Under the pieces are notes generated by a model. That model saw only the letters and a list, made by a program, of their open reading frames with translations. It made no database searches and was not told where the DNA came from. Below, in pieces: positions 43,229 to 53,549 of a stretch of 64,000 nt of DNA. Position 1 is the first letter of the stretch. Each line of letters begins with the position of its first letter. The DNA is from a virus: positions 1-64,000 of the IMG/VR virus record IMGVR_UViG_3300028800_000012, one strand, 5' to 3'. A program made the translations under genes and the position numbers.

Positions 43229-44086
43229 CTACTGTTTCCAGATTTTCACGTCGGAATAGACTTCAATATTTCCGAAACTTGATGCGGCGCCGAACCCATC
43301 GGTCACCTCGCCGACAGATGCTGCGTGCTGTATTTCAAATGCCTTGCTTGACGTTATGGTAAACCTGGCCTCCCCGAAAGACCGCGTTTGAACGCCCGTT
43401 TGTGCGTATTCTGATGTCCCGAACGCTATATCGGTACCATCTGTGACATTTTTCAATTTTGTTTGATGCTTGAATACAGCATTGCCTGGCGCGCTCCACT
43501 CCACATAGTACGTGCCGGCCGGCAGAGTAATCTGGTTCGACGCAAGAGACGCGCCGGAGACGGCATTGCGGACAGCGGTATTCAGCGTGCGCGTCAGCCA
43601 CACGCCTGAATTAAACGTTCCTCCGTTGGTGCCGTTCGCTTTCTGGTCCTGAATGATGATGTCGGGCGAAGTCGCTATCGCCGCAGCCGCGCCGGCCGTA
43701 ACGGTTATCGCCCTGAAATTCGTCCCGTCGAACACAATCGGGTAAAGCGTTCCGACTGCAAATTCTCCGCCTTGCAATGCAGCCCCGGCCTTGTCCTTAA
43801 TGGAAACAGCGCCTACCGTATCGATATTGATGGTGACGGCCGAGGTGTTCGCATTCGTCGGCACGTAATAAAAGCCCATCGGTCGCGCATAAGCCGTGAT
43901 CGCAACGACGAGTGACGTGTCGCTCGTCGCCGTGATCGCATTCCCGGAGCCAGCGACGTTGATGAGATATCCGAACGACACCCTCCATAGCGCCTCAGCC
44001 TCGATGTCTACAGCATTGAGATAGGAATCTCCGTCCCTGGCGGCACCGTTGGCTACGGTGGGCGTTTTGCGCTTTGCTGCTGTCAC
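43229..44086 (-). CDS. Tail fiber / receptor-binding protein
   Basis: 285 aa, Gly/Thr/Ala/Asn-rich and beta-strand-like. Directly after the host-specificity protein, ATGA-coupled. Confidence 0.5.
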   Translation of the reverse strand: MTAAKRKTPTVANGAARDGDSYLNAVDIEAEALWRVSFGYLINVAGSGNAITATSDTSLVVAITAYARPMGFYYVPTNANTSAVTINIDTVGAVSIKDKAGAALQGGEFAVGTLYPIVFDGTNFRAITVTAGAAAAIATSPDIIIQDQKANGTNGGTFNSGVWLTRTLNTAVRNAVSGASLASNQITLPAGTYYVEWSAPGNAVFKHQTKLKNVTDGTDIAFGTSEYAQTGVQTRSFGEARFTITSSKAFEIQHAASVGEVTDGFGAASSFGNIEVYSDVKIWKQ

Positions 44087-47000
44087 GAGAATAGCTCCGG
44101 CGCCTCATCAACAAAAATCATGTCGGCTGTCATGTCCACGTTAGGCGTGATGCTGTAAACGATGAGGCGTTTGTATTCGCTGCCGATCCGGCCGAGCGTG
44201 CAGAGGCACCCAACGTCGATTTGCGACGCGCCCGGATCGGCAAATGGCGTCGCAAATGTGATTGCAGTCGTTTCGCCGTCCGATGTGGACGTGATCTGTT
44301 TTGTGATGATGCCGTTGCCGCCCTTCATCCGAATCGCAATGCCGGTGACGGCTCCGAAATCTGCAATATCTCCCGCGACGGAAAGATCGGCCGAATCCTT
44401 GATGTCCGTCCCTGTGGTAACAGGGACTGTCCCGTCGAGCGTCAAACCTGTAATGTTTCCGCCGCTGCGGCTGATCGATTGGATACGCGAGAACCCGGCA
44501 TACCGGTCGATAATATCGTATTGGACGCCGACTAAATCCCCGCGTTGACAGACAATCGACTCCAGATCGGCCTTACCCTTGTAGAACGTCATCCTCACTT
44601 TCGACTGCAGAAGATCGAAAGCCGCGCGCGCGCGGACATCGGCCTCATCAACAAGGCCGTCATATTGTATTTGATCGAGACGGGACGAGTCTGGGTTCGC
44701 GGGATCGGCGTAGACAATTGTCTCGTCAGATTGATAGTTGTTAGCCGAATTGATAAACCCAGCGCGGATGCCGGTCGATGGGCGTGCGAATGCACGGGTA
44801 AACGAAAACCCGTTCATATTGCGCGGCGTAAATATTTGGACGGGGGAGTCGCCGGAGCGATCCCTGTCGAGAATCACGCCCCATTTCTCATTGTGCGACA
44901 GCCGCGCGTACCCCGATGCCGCGACCATCGTGGCGACATCGATATAGGTCTTTCCTTCGACGACCGCGTCGCAGGTATATCCTTGCGCGGCGCAATGCGA
45001 CCGGAAGGCAACGAGAGAGGCGCTATCGACAATGTCAACTGGCAGTGGCAAGCCGCCCTGCGTGCCGGTCAGAACGTCCCATAAATGAGGCGCCGGGTTC
45101 GACGTTGTCGTCAGTGTATTCCACCCGGTGCCGTCCCAGTCGTTTACGTACCCGGATGCTAGAATCGATACTTGGTCGATTGCCCGGTTAGTAACCTTGA
45201 GCGCGACTGTTGCAAATTTGTCGGGATAGGGGACAGGATGTTCGTTCCAGATCGACGAAAACCTGACGATCTGCGCCGTATCCTGAATATTGTTCTGATT
45301 GTAGAGCGTTTGTGCCGGGCTAGTGATATAGCCGAACAGATCGTAGATGACATTCGCCGTCGTATAGTCTCTCAGCGAAAAGTCCCCGGCCCGGACAGAC
45401 TGCCCGCGCATAACCTGTATTTCCCAACTTCCCTTGGGAAATTTAACATTGTCGTTTAGATAGAATACGGCCTTGTCTGCGAAGAGATCGACATTCTGAA
45501 TCCCAGTCGTTGACGACACGTTGCCGGAATATAGATAGGCGTCGTTTGCCGAAGAAAATACGACTTGTGAGATGCAGACTGTGTGAGACGAAACGTCTCC
45601 TGCAGATTCTACCAAAACAACCCGATGATAGGCGTAACTCTCACCTACAGTTTGCGGGATTGAGATCGTGCGATGCTGCGAATTCGACGATGTGAATGGA
45701 CCATCTGTTGCCAGTGTCGTCCATGACGATCCGTCATTCGACCCTTGCACACTCAAAGTTATGTTTTTATTAGCTGAATTTGTAAACGCTGCATCGCTCG
45801 ATGCATAAACATCAACTTTCAAAAGGCTCGTAAGATCGTTCCACTGCTTCCCGACGGTTGCTGTAATAGACCCGGTACCGGCCAAACTTGCGCAATTCGC
45901 CAGCAGCTGTGTATTTGTGCCGTTGAACGCGGCGGCGAGATTGCCGCCCCCAGTCAATGTGCCAATGGCCGTACCGGTCGCGCCAGATACAGTCGATCCT
46001 GCCCCGGAAGAATAGAAATAAGCGTCGGATTCCCATCCGCCGATGCCGGCCGGGGCATGCACTTGCGGCGGAACATAGCTGTAGGCATAAACAGGGCCGC
46101 CTTGATCCGGCATGACATTGCGTGTGGCGGGCGGCGCCTGCCACAGCATCTTGATCATGAAATTGATCTGCTTTAGCGAATAGTTGACGGCCTGCAATTC
46201 CGGCAGATTGATCCAGTTGGCCGCCCCGACCTGCCGCATTCTCACGCGAAACGGGATCAGCATGGCGTGCCCGGACGAATCCACGCATCCGGTCGGCAGT
46301 GAAATCGTGAGCCACGCTTCGTCCGGCGATGCTCGCGTGGTCATCCCGTGCCACTGCGGGCAAGATAGCGGCGGGTTCGATTGATTGAGCAAATTGATCC
46401 CGCCGCCGCCGGTCGAATTGTCGACGGCATGCTTCGTTAGTTCAAAATTAATGCCTGGGTCAGTATAACTCTGCCGTGTGACGAGCGCCGCCTGCGGAGA
46501 ATTTGGCAATCCTTCCTGCAATTCTATCTGCAGATCGGGGATTGACGCGGCCGTCGTATTCCCGACCATCAGGTCGGAGAGCAAATGCGGCCCCGACAGG
46601 CCGTAAATGGCTTCTGCTTGCCAATCGTCGCCGACGAGCTCGGTTAGCGGCGGCGAAATGATCGGGGGGAAGACGCGCATCGTCCCGACTACGCGCGGGA
46701 TCGGGTTGCCCTTGCTGAGAATGTTTCCGGAAAGAGATGCGGCGGGCTTATTGACGCCCTGATCGGGCGGCGCGCCCTGATTCGTCGAAAGAGATGGCGG
46801 CGGGACAAGCGCGGATATTGCAAGTGCGCCGCCAATGCCGATGGCCGCGCCAAGCACAGAAGCGCCGACCGTACCGGCGGCGAAGGACGATCCTAAAAGC
46901 GGAGCTGCGGCGCCCCCCGTCACCGCCGCCGCGACGAGCATTACAGCGATCATCGCGATGGTGGCGAATGTGTTCTTGTGGCCGCCACCACCGCCACCGC

Positions 47001-47265
47001 CACTCCTGACCGGTAGCGCGAAGGTCACCACCACATCGCGGCCGGGATCGGCCTTAAGCCGTACGCGCGACCACATCTCGCGCGGAATCACTTGGTCATT
47101 GATGCGCGCGACACACCGTTCGGCGAACTTTGGCGGCAGATCGGTCTGTGCCGCGAAAATCTGTTCGATGGTCTGCCCAGCTCTGCCCACCGGCAGAATC
47201 CGGACACGCCCGTCGAATGGCCGTTCCTTTAGAACGACCAACGGATGCCGTAGCGGTGCTGTCAT
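44083..47265 (-). CDS. Host specificity (gpJ-like) central tail protein
   Basis: 1060 aa. Position after the DUF1833 and NlpC/P60 genes follows the lambda L-K-J order. Confidence 0.65.
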   Translation of the reverse strand: MTAPLRHPLVVLKERPFDGRVRILPVGRAGQTIEQIFAAQTDLPPKFAERCVARINDQVIPREMWSRVRLKADPGRDVVVTFALPVRSGGGGGGGHKNTFATIAMIAVMLVAAAVTGGAAAPLLGSSFAAGTVGASVLGAAIGIGGALAISALVPPPSLSTNQGAPPDQGVNKPAASLSGNILSKGNPIPRVVGTMRVFPPIISPPLTELVGDDWQAEAIYGLSGPHLLSDLMVGNTTAASIPDLQIELQEGLPNSPQAALVTRQSYTDPGINFELTKHAVDNSTGGGGINLLNQSNPPLSCPQWHGMTTRASPDEAWLTISLPTGCVDSSGHAMLIPFRVRMRQVGAANWINLPELQAVNYSLKQINFMIKMLWQAPPATRNVMPDQGGPVYAYSYVPPQVHAPAGIGGWESDAYFYSSGAGSTVSGATGTAIGTLTGGGNLAAAFNGTNTQLLANCASLAGTGSITATVGKQWNDLTSLLKVDVYASSDAAFTNSANKNITLSVQGSNDGSSWTTLATDGPFTSSNSQHRTISIPQTVGESYAYHRVVLVESAGDVSSHTVCISQVVFSSANDAYLYSGNVSSTTGIQNVDLFADKAVFYLNDNVKFPKGSWEIQVMRGQSVRAGDFSLRDYTTANVIYDLFGYITSPAQTLYNQNNIQDTAQIVRFSSIWNEHPVPYPDKFATVALKVTNRAIDQVSILASGYVNDWDGTGWNTLTTTSNPAPHLWDVLTGTQGGLPLPVDIVDSASLVAFRSHCAAQGYTCDAVVEGKTYIDVATMVAASGYARLSHNEKWGVILDRDRSGDSPVQIFTPRNMNGFSFTRAFARPSTGIRAGFINSANNYQSDETIVYADPANPDSSRLDQIQYDGLVDEADVRARAAFDLLQSKVRMTFYKGKADLESIVCQRGDLVGVQYDIIDRYAGFSRIQSISRSGGNITGLTLDGTVPVTTGTDIKDSADLSVAGDIADFGAVTGIAIRMKGGNGIITKQITSTSDGETTAITFATPFADPGASQIDVGCLCTLGRIGSEYKRLIVYSITPNVDMTADMIFVDEAPELFS

Positions 47266-47266
47266 G

Positions 47267-47671
47267 TCAGACTAAGGAGACGTGCCGATAAAAACCGAGA
47301 AGATTAAACCGCAGCCGGGAATGATCGATCGGCATCACAACTGCGCTGGTCGCTTTCCAAATGTGCAAAAGCGCATCCGATGAAACCATGATGCCAGCGT
47401 GCAGCGGGTTCCCCCGCAAAAGAGCCACATCGAAGCGGCGTTTTTCACCGATCACGCGCGACCACGGATATGACGCCCGCTCCTGTGCAAAGCGTGCGTT
47501 GGCCAGATCGATGTCTTTGGCGGAGATTTCAGCGTATGTCGGAACATCGACTTGCGCCTGTTCTTTCAGAACAAGGTACACCAAGCCCCAACAATTGCAG
47601 GCGTCGAGCGAATGTCCATCATCGGCGTAAGGGACGCCGACGTAACGCGAGGCCCACTCAGGGATGATCAT
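47267..47671 (-). CDS. NlpC/P60 family tail peptidase (gpK-like)
   Basis: Catalytic Cys context LDACNCWGLVY and later NPLHAGIMV (His). 134 aa. Confidence 0.7.
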   Translation of the reverse strand: MIIPEWASRYVGVPYADDGHSLDACNCWGLVYLVLKEQAQVDVPTYAEISAKDIDLANARFAQERASYPWSRVIGEKRRFDVALLRGNPLHAGIMVSSDALLHIWKATSAVVMPIDHSRLRFNLLGFYRHVSLV

Positions 47672-48171
47672 CGGAACAGCGCCGGCAGATAATCCGGGGT
47701 GGCCCTGATCTTAGGCCACGGCTCCGTCGTCACGTCGTAGCTCACGATGTCCGCCGTCAATTGCCAGGCATCGCAGGAGACGTTGCGGAGATAGAGATAG
47801 TCGGCTTCATATTCGATTGTCGGCGTACCTACCGGCTGGCGCGGGTTGGAATCGTCGAAATCCGACCGCGCCATCACCTGAATGGAAAACCTCGGCGCGT
47901 CCGAGATTGCCAACACGGTTTCGCCGATGATCCGGTCAACGTTGGGAACGGTGAACTTGGCTTGTGGCGGGTTTTCATCGTCAGTCAGCAGCGGCATGCC
48001 GCAACCAGTGCCCTTGAATGTATTGCCGCCGTAGACATAATCGACAATGTCGGAGTTGAAGTAGAGCGGCGTCTCTAGGTCCGGATGCGTGATCGTGAAG
48101 AACCAGACGGCAACATCGCCGCCATTGGTCGATTCAACATCGTCGCGGAAATCCGCGCTGATCGTTCGCAT
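47668..48171 (-). CDS. Minor tail protein (DUF1833 / gpL-like)
   Basis: 167 aa. The position and general sequence pattern suggest DUF1833. Confidence 0.5.
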   Translation of the reverse strand: MRTISADFRDDVESTNGGDVAVWFFTITHPDLETPLYFNSDIVDYVYGGNTFKGTGCGMPLLTDDENPPQAKFTVPNVDRIIGETVLAISDAPRFSIQVMARSDFDDSNPRQPVGTPTIEYEADYLYLRNVSCDAWQLTADIVSYDVTTEPWPKIRATPDYLPALFR

Positions 48172-48238
48172 GGATGAGGGGGTCGCGGTTTTCCGGTATC
48201 GGCGCTATAAGCGGGGATAACTGGGGGCGGCGGTTTCG

Positions 48239-49267
48239 ATGCGCAAAGGCTATCGTCCAGAACTCGAAGGGCTCAGAGGTGTGCTTGCCGCATGGGTGAT
48301 GCTGTACCATGCGGCCATCTTTGGCGGCTTCTGGAAGAATGTACCAAGTGGCGTTGCCGCTCTGATGGATGGGGCGCGCGCCGTCGAGGTGTTTATGGTC
48401 CTTAGCGGATTCGTGATTGCGGGACTTATTTGGCGTGAACGGGAAGGATATAGCGTTTTTCTATTTCGCCGCTTTTTGAGGCTGTACCCTATTTATCTGA
48501 TCTGCATTGTAGTAGCGGCATTGGAAATCAAATTTGGCATCGTCGCGCCGCACTTTGATCTCTCCAAATGGCCGGAGCATTTATTAGCGCACATTCTCAT
48601 GCTGCACGGCGCTATCTCCACTTCCGTTCTCCCTGGAAGCGCCGGAGCAATTCTAAATCCGGCATGGTCGATATCTCTTGAATGGCAGTTCTACATTATC
48701 GCGCCAATTCTATTGTACCTGAGAGGACCTGCCGGGCTAGTACTTGCTTCAACCGTCGCTGTCGTTCTACTGCGCCTTGTCGCGCCGCACCTAAACGGTT
48801 TCACCGGCGCATTTCTCCCGTTAAATATACAGTTCTTCTGGATCGGCATAATCACCTATGCGGCGCTGGAACGTAGCAAGATCGAGCCAATGACTGTCAT
48901 TTTCCTGACTGCGCTCTGTCTTTTGTTCCTGCCCGTGATCGTCGCCGTGCCGATTGTTCTCTGGGTGGCTGCGATCTCCCCGGGGCCGGCGTCCCGCATG
49001 CTTACGAGCCATATCCTGCTTTCGCTCGGTCGCTGGTCACTTCCCATCTATCTCGCGCACGAGCCCATCATTGTCGCTGTACGATCGATGCTGCCAACGC
49101 TCGGTCCTCTAAAGGACACCTTGCTGATAGTAGGCATCGCCGGCACTCTGACGGTACTGGTGGCGGCGGTGCTGCACAGATATGTCGAGGCGCCGTTCAT
49201 CGTCCTCGGTAAGCGCCTCAAGAGCAGAACATCTAGTGAATCCACACCAAACCAAGTTCTGTCATAA
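48239..49267 (+). CDS. Acyltransferase family 3 (O-acetyltransferase-like) integral membrane protein
   Basis: N-terminal RPELEGLRGVLAAWVMLYHA motif and about ten TM segments. On the opposite strand to all flanking tail genes, with lower GC. Confidence 0.8.
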   Translation: MRKGYRPELEGLRGVLAAWVMLYHAAIFGGFWKNVPSGVAALMDGARAVEVFMVLSGFVIAGLIWREREGYSVFLFRRFLRLYPIYLICIVVAALEIKFGIVAPHFDLSKWPEHLLAHILMLHGAISTSVLPGSAGAILNPAWSISLEWQFYIIAPILLYLRGPAGLVLASTVAVVLLRLVAPHLNGFTGAFLPLNIQFFWIGIITYAALERSKIEPMTVIFLTALCLLFLPVIVAVPIVLWVAAISPGPASRMLTSHILLSLGRWSLPIYLAHEPIIVAVRSMLPTLGPLKDTLLIVGIAGTLTVLVAAVLHRYVEAPFIVLGKRLKSRTSSESTPNQVLS

Positions 49268-49622
49268 TGTCATTGACGTGGCTGGACGGGTTCACTGCGC
49301 CAGTCTTCACCGAAACACGGGATAGCGCCGCCGCAGCCGTCTGCGCCGCCGCTTGTGTAATGTTGTAGCCGGTCAAATCTAGCCCGCTTGGGAGTGTTCC
49401 GACTCCGAGCGGCGTCGGCATAGCCGCAAGTTCCGCCGCCGAGGCGTTGTTGCGATAGATGTGACAGAACCAATGCGTCGGCGGAGCTTGGCCGCTCGCG
49501 GAGGCCGGCTGCGCCAGATTTTCACTTCCGGGATCATCGCCGAAATATGCGGCCAGCATTGCGTTGGCGTCCGCCTTGGATGCACCCGGAACAACAATTA
49601 CGACGGAATGATCATTCGCCAT
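49233..49622 (-). CDS. Hypothetical tail-module protein (129 aa)
   Basis: Track ORF. Its 3' end overlaps the acyltransferase 3' end convergently. Confidence 0.45.
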   Translation of the reverse strand: MANDHSVVIVVPGASKADANAMLAAYFGDDPGSENLAQPASASGQAPPTHWFCHIYRNNASAAELAAMPTPLGVGTLPSGLDLTGYNITQAAAQTAAAALSRVSVKTGAVNPSSHVNDIMTELGLVWIH

Positions 49623-49634
49623 TTGTGACCTTTC

Positions 49635-50396
49635 TTAGAGTGACAGGCCGGCAAGAGCGCCGAAATATGTGCGACAATTCGCGATTTCCTGCGAGGTCAG
49701 GATGCGGCTGATCATAACCCCGCCAAACCACCAGATATTCGCCGCGCTAGTCCCGCCCGTATCTGATGCACCCACGGTAAGGCCGTCTGCAGTTGCCGTG
49801 CCGGTGTTACCCGTAGTGTAGGAGTTGTTGTCAATGGCGGCCTGCGACGAAACGCCGTTCCATAGTTCCGTAAGAACATGATTGGCACCAATTGTCATAT
49901 CTGGATTAGTGAGGAGCCCAGAGCCGGAATAGAACGTAAGTCTCGGAGTTGTTCCGTTCTGATAAACACGCGCTTTATTGGTGCTAACGCCATCCCATAT
50001 TGAATGACCTATTGTCCAACTCACTTGCTGGCCGATCATGATACGTGTGAACGTTGCACCCATCGTAAACGCAGCACCGATGCCGTCATCCGCACCGTCA
50101 AATATGATATATTTTAACCCACCAGAGACAGTGTAAATCCCCTTGCGCGCACTGGTACCTTGAACAAGGGCGTTTGAATTTGTCTTCCCGACAATGCGCC
50201 CGACCGGATCGCCGCTCGCCGCAACCGGCGTCGCGCCTGCGCTGTCCTGGAACAACGTGGAAATATCGGCAACGCTCCACCAATCTCCCGTCTCGCCGCC
50301 ACCGAACAATTGGCCTGGATTGAACGGCTGCGGAGCGTTCGTGGCCGGATTGCCGAATACGGCCGGCGCGTAAATTGTGCCAGGAATTATAATCAT
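49635..50396 (-). CDS. Tail-associated protein, possibly lectin/LamG-like
   Basis: Start moved to MIIIPGTIYAPAVF. Beta-rich Gly/Thr/Ser composition. Confidence 0.45.
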   Translation of the reverse strand: MIIIPGTIYAPAVFGNPATNAPQPFNPGQLFGGGETGDWWSVADISTLFQDSAGATPVAASGDPVGRIVGKTNSNALVQGTSARKGIYTVSGGLKYIIFDGADDGIGAAFTMGATFTRIMIGQQVSWTIGHSIWDGVSTNKARVYQNGTTPRLTFYSGSGLLTNPDMTIGANHVLTELWNGVSSQAAIDNNSYTTGNTGTATADGLTVGASDTGGTSAANIWWFGGVMISRILTSQEIANCRTYFGALAGLSL

Positions 50397-50815
50397 TAAG
50401 TGAACGTCCCGACCGCGACCACAGACACATTCGCGCCGGTCGTGACCTTCCACGCGCCGGACACGCTTTTCATGCCGAGCGGAATGAAGAACGGGACAAG
50501 ATTTGAAACGGAAGACGCGCCGCCGGTAAAAATAGTAATCGACGTTGCGTTATCGAGGATGATCACGTTGCCGGGCGATGTCGTCGCCGGGACAACAAGT
50601 ACGCCGGCAATATAATCTCCAGCCGCGCCGGTTGACCCGAGTACTTGCGCCGTCTGCGATGCCGCGACGGTTTCATATTTGGCCTGCGGGTCTGGATCGA
50701 ATGCGTGGATGAACTCATAGCCGGACCCTCCGGCACCGTCCTTATCCCAGAGACGTGTATTAAAAGACGTTCCGGTGCCGTCCAAGACGGCTTTGGTCGT
50801 GGCAGAGCCAGCCAT
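50396..50815 (-). CDS. Hypothetical tail-module protein (139 aa)
   Basis: Track ORF, abutting both neighbours. Confidence 0.45.
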   Translation of the reverse strand: MAGSATTKAVLDGTGTSFNTRLWDKDGAGGSGYEFIHAFDPDPQAKYETVAASQTAQVLGSTGAAGDYIAGVLVVPATTSPGNVIILDNATSITIFTGGASSVSNLVPFFIPLGMKSVSGAWKVTTGANVSVVAVGTFT

Positions 50816-51235
50816 TTACAGTGCTCCGAGATATTGGGAATTTGTCGATTTGTTGAATTTGAGTGCCGGCGGCGCGGTGCCGCCGGAGATCAGCCGCAAC
50901 GCAATCTGTGCGCCGTAAATGATGCCGTCTACGCTGTTGAGCTTCGGCGGCGCGGTGAACATCCAAGTGCCGTTGCCGCCGGTTCGCTGATGCGTCACGG
51001 TGAACTGCTGTGTTCCATCAAGCAGTGTTGTCGAATAGAACGTCAGCAGCGCGTCCCATTCGTCGGACGTGTAAAGTCCGTTATAAGAGATGAGCTTTGT
51101 CGGCAGGGACGTGCGGCGGCGCAGTTTTTCCGGACCAACATCAGGCTGGAACTTGGCGACGTTATTTTCCGGTTCTTCGCTGTATCCTTGCTGCAGCCAA
51201 TTGGTATTGACCGCCGCCGGCCACGCCGCCGTCAT
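50816..51235 (-). CDS. Minor tail protein (gpM-like position)
   Basis: 139 aa, immediately after the tape measure gene. Ends in FNKSTNSQYLGAL. Confidence 0.45.
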   Translation of the reverse strand: MTAAWPAAVNTNWLQQGYSEEPENNVAKFQPDVGPEKLRRRTSLPTKLISYNGLYTSDEWDALLTFYSTTLLDGTQQFTVTHQRTGGNGTWMFTAPPKLNSVDGIIYGAQIALRLISGGTAPPALKFNKSTNSQYLGAL

Positions 51236-51263
51236 CGTCTTTCAGTCCTTGCGATGGGAGAGA

Positions 51264-53549
51264 TCAGCGCGGTCGGGGCCGCAGTGGAACGCCGTAACGG
51301 CCGCGCATGATGGAATCGGCACCGCCGCTGGCTAGATGCTCATTGGTAGCGTCTTTGGCCTCGGATCGGATGAGGGCGCGGAAATCTATGCCGCCCTGTG
51401 CATTCGGCTGCTGCGATTTTTCGACGCTCGACCCCGGCGGGGCTTCGACGATGAAGTTATTCGTCACGCCGCCACCGGCATTGCCGCCGCCTTTCCAGTA
51501 GGACGACGGGGGACGTATGACATTGCCGGAGCGGTCAAACCCGCCGCCATCGGCAAAGCCGGGAATGCCCATGCGGCGTGACTGCGAATTGGAATAGACC
51601 GTCACGCCACCGCCGGGATGCGTTTGCAGCAGTTCAGGACCATTCTCGCCGACAACTGCAATTCTTCCCGGCCCGAACGATCCGCCCGTAGCGGCATGGC
51701 CGACGAACAGGCTTGCAAAGATACTCGTGATGCCGCCAGTTCCGCCGCCGGGGAACGCTGCCGCCCACAGGTTGTTCAGGATCATGTCCAGCAGTTTGGA
51801 CTCGATCTTGTTCAGGGCATTCTGCGCGGCATTGCCGAAAGATTCCCACGCCGATTTGCCCTGCTGCAGGCCGGAGAGCGTGTCTTGGAAAAGGCCGCGC
51901 GTTGTGTCGAAGGCGAACTTGGTGTCTTCAGCTTTCTGCGCGGCCTTACCAAGTGCATCGGCTTCCGCCGTAATGAGTGCGATACTCTGCGGGGTAAGCG
52001 TATTCCCGAGCCGGCGCTGTTCGTTTATCTTGTTCTGGATCGCAGCGTACTTGACCGCCTCGCCGGTTGACATGCCGACCGTGTCCGCCTCGACCTTGTA
52101 CGCATCGGCGGACGCGCGGATTTGATTAATGCCGAGGGCTTCGTTCCGCGTATATTCAAGGATGCGGTCGGCGGCTGATTTTGTAATTCCCACGCCGGCA
52201 AGACGCGCCTGCTGGATAGCAATTTCCTTGGCGCGGACCTGGTCTTCCACCGTGGCTAGCTGCCCCATGATGGAGATGCGCTGCAATTCCATTTGCTGAT
52301 CATGGACTGCGTCTTGCGGGTTGACTGTGGTTTTGCCGCTGGTTGAAATTCCGGCCTTTCTATTCAGCGCGCCAGACAGCGACTTTTCCGAATAGTCAGA
52401 AATTAACTGAGTGGCAGAATTGAAGCGAGCGTCGAATGTCTTGCTCTGCTCGTCCATGGCGGCGATGGCCGCAGTCCCGGCCGCCAGTCCGGCGGCGATA
52501 ACCGGATGACCCGTAGCAAGCGCGATAGCCGCCGCACCACCCGCCAATATGGCAAAGTCGTTTTTGTGCGCCATCAGGAAGTCGACAACCTCGATAATTG
52601 CCGCCTTCCCCTCATTCTTCCAATCCTGCCAGACGCGCGCCCAAGCCGTGTCAAAGTCGCGCGCTTTGGCGATCATTTCCTGTTCGGCGATGCTGCCAAA
52701 GTTATTAGCTTGCTGCGCCGCCTGCATAATTGAGGCGCCGCCTTGGCTAAGAAATTGCACCCATTTCTGCGTCGCCGGCAGACCAGCCAGAGCAATGATG
52801 CGGTACTTTTCCTGCTGATTTGCCGCGTTGGCGACGAGATCGGCAGTACGAGCAAGATTTACGTTAAGGTCGCGAGAGACGGCAACGCCGTTAGCCCGGA
52901 ACAGTTCGGCGAGAGAGCCGACGTGATGTTCTGCCTCGATAGCCAGCGAGCCGAATTTTTCCATTGCGGAGAGGAAATCGTCTTGTCCGATCCCGCCGCC
53001 TTTCAGGAGCGCCGCAGACTGCAGACCATGCAAAGATTGCAGCGTCCCGCCGATCTTGTCCTGTAGGTCGGCGAATTTTACTTCAGTCGTCTTGATCGAC
53101 TCGTAAATGAGGTAGAACGCGCCAGCGACAGCCGCCGCACCGCCGACCAACATCCGCATCGGCGTCAGCATCGACGTGAACATGCCGAGCGCGCCTTGGA
53201 ATGCGCCAACGAGTCCGCCCGGCCCGCTTGCCGCATAGGACAAGTGGTTGAGCTGCATCGCCAGCATCTGTGCCGGCGGAATGCCCATTGCGATGCCTTC
53301 CGCCATCGACCGCGCCGCATGGAAGGCCGCCATGGCCTGCGTATTGAAGCCGCCGTGGGCATTGGCGGCATCGTTCACGGCTTTTGCATATATGCCGGTC
53401 GCCGTGGCGTTGGACTTCGCTTGCTCCGTTCCTTGCGCAACGGATGCGCCGGCCGCCTTAGCCTTCGCGCCGAACTGGTCGAGTGCCGCCGAACCTGCCG
53501 CAAGGCCGGACGTGTCGACCTTGAAGCCGAGCGTTGCGAGATCGGTCAT
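51264..53549 (-). CDS. Tail tape measure protein
   Basis: 761 aa, Ala/Gly/Gln-rich and helical with hydrophobic Gly-rich segments. Follows the G/GT chaperone pair. Confidence 0.8.
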   Translation of the reverse strand: MTDLATLGFKVDTSGLAAGSAALDQFGAKAKAAGASVAQGTEQAKSNATATGIYAKAVNDAANAHGGFNTQAMAAFHAARSMAEGIAMGIPPAQMLAMQLNHLSYAASGPGGLVGAFQGALGMFTSMLTPMRMLVGGAAAVAGAFYLIYESIKTTEVKFADLQDKIGGTLQSLHGLQSAALLKGGGIGQDDFLSAMEKFGSLAIEAEHHVGSLAELFRANGVAVSRDLNVNLARTADLVANAANQQEKYRIIALAGLPATQKWVQFLSQGGASIMQAAQQANNFGSIAEQEMIAKARDFDTAWARVWQDWKNEGKAAIIEVVDFLMAHKNDFAILAGGAAAIALATGHPVIAAGLAAGTAAIAAMDEQSKTFDARFNSATQLISDYSEKSLSGALNRKAGISTSGKTTVNPQDAVHDQQMELQRISIMGQLATVEDQVRAKEIAIQQARLAGVGITKSAADRILEYTRNEALGINQIRASADAYKVEADTVGMSTGEAVKYAAIQNKINEQRRLGNTLTPQSIALITAEADALGKAAQKAEDTKFAFDTTRGLFQDTLSGLQQGKSAWESFGNAAQNALNKIESKLLDMILNNLWAAAFPGGGTGGITSIFASLFVGHAATGGSFGPGRIAVVGENGPELLQTHPGGGVTVYSNSQSRRMGIPGFADGGGFDRSGNVIRPPSSYWKGGGNAGGGVTNNFIVEAPPGSSVEKSQQPNAQGGIDFRALIRSEAKDATNEHLASGGADSIMRGRYGVPLRPRPR

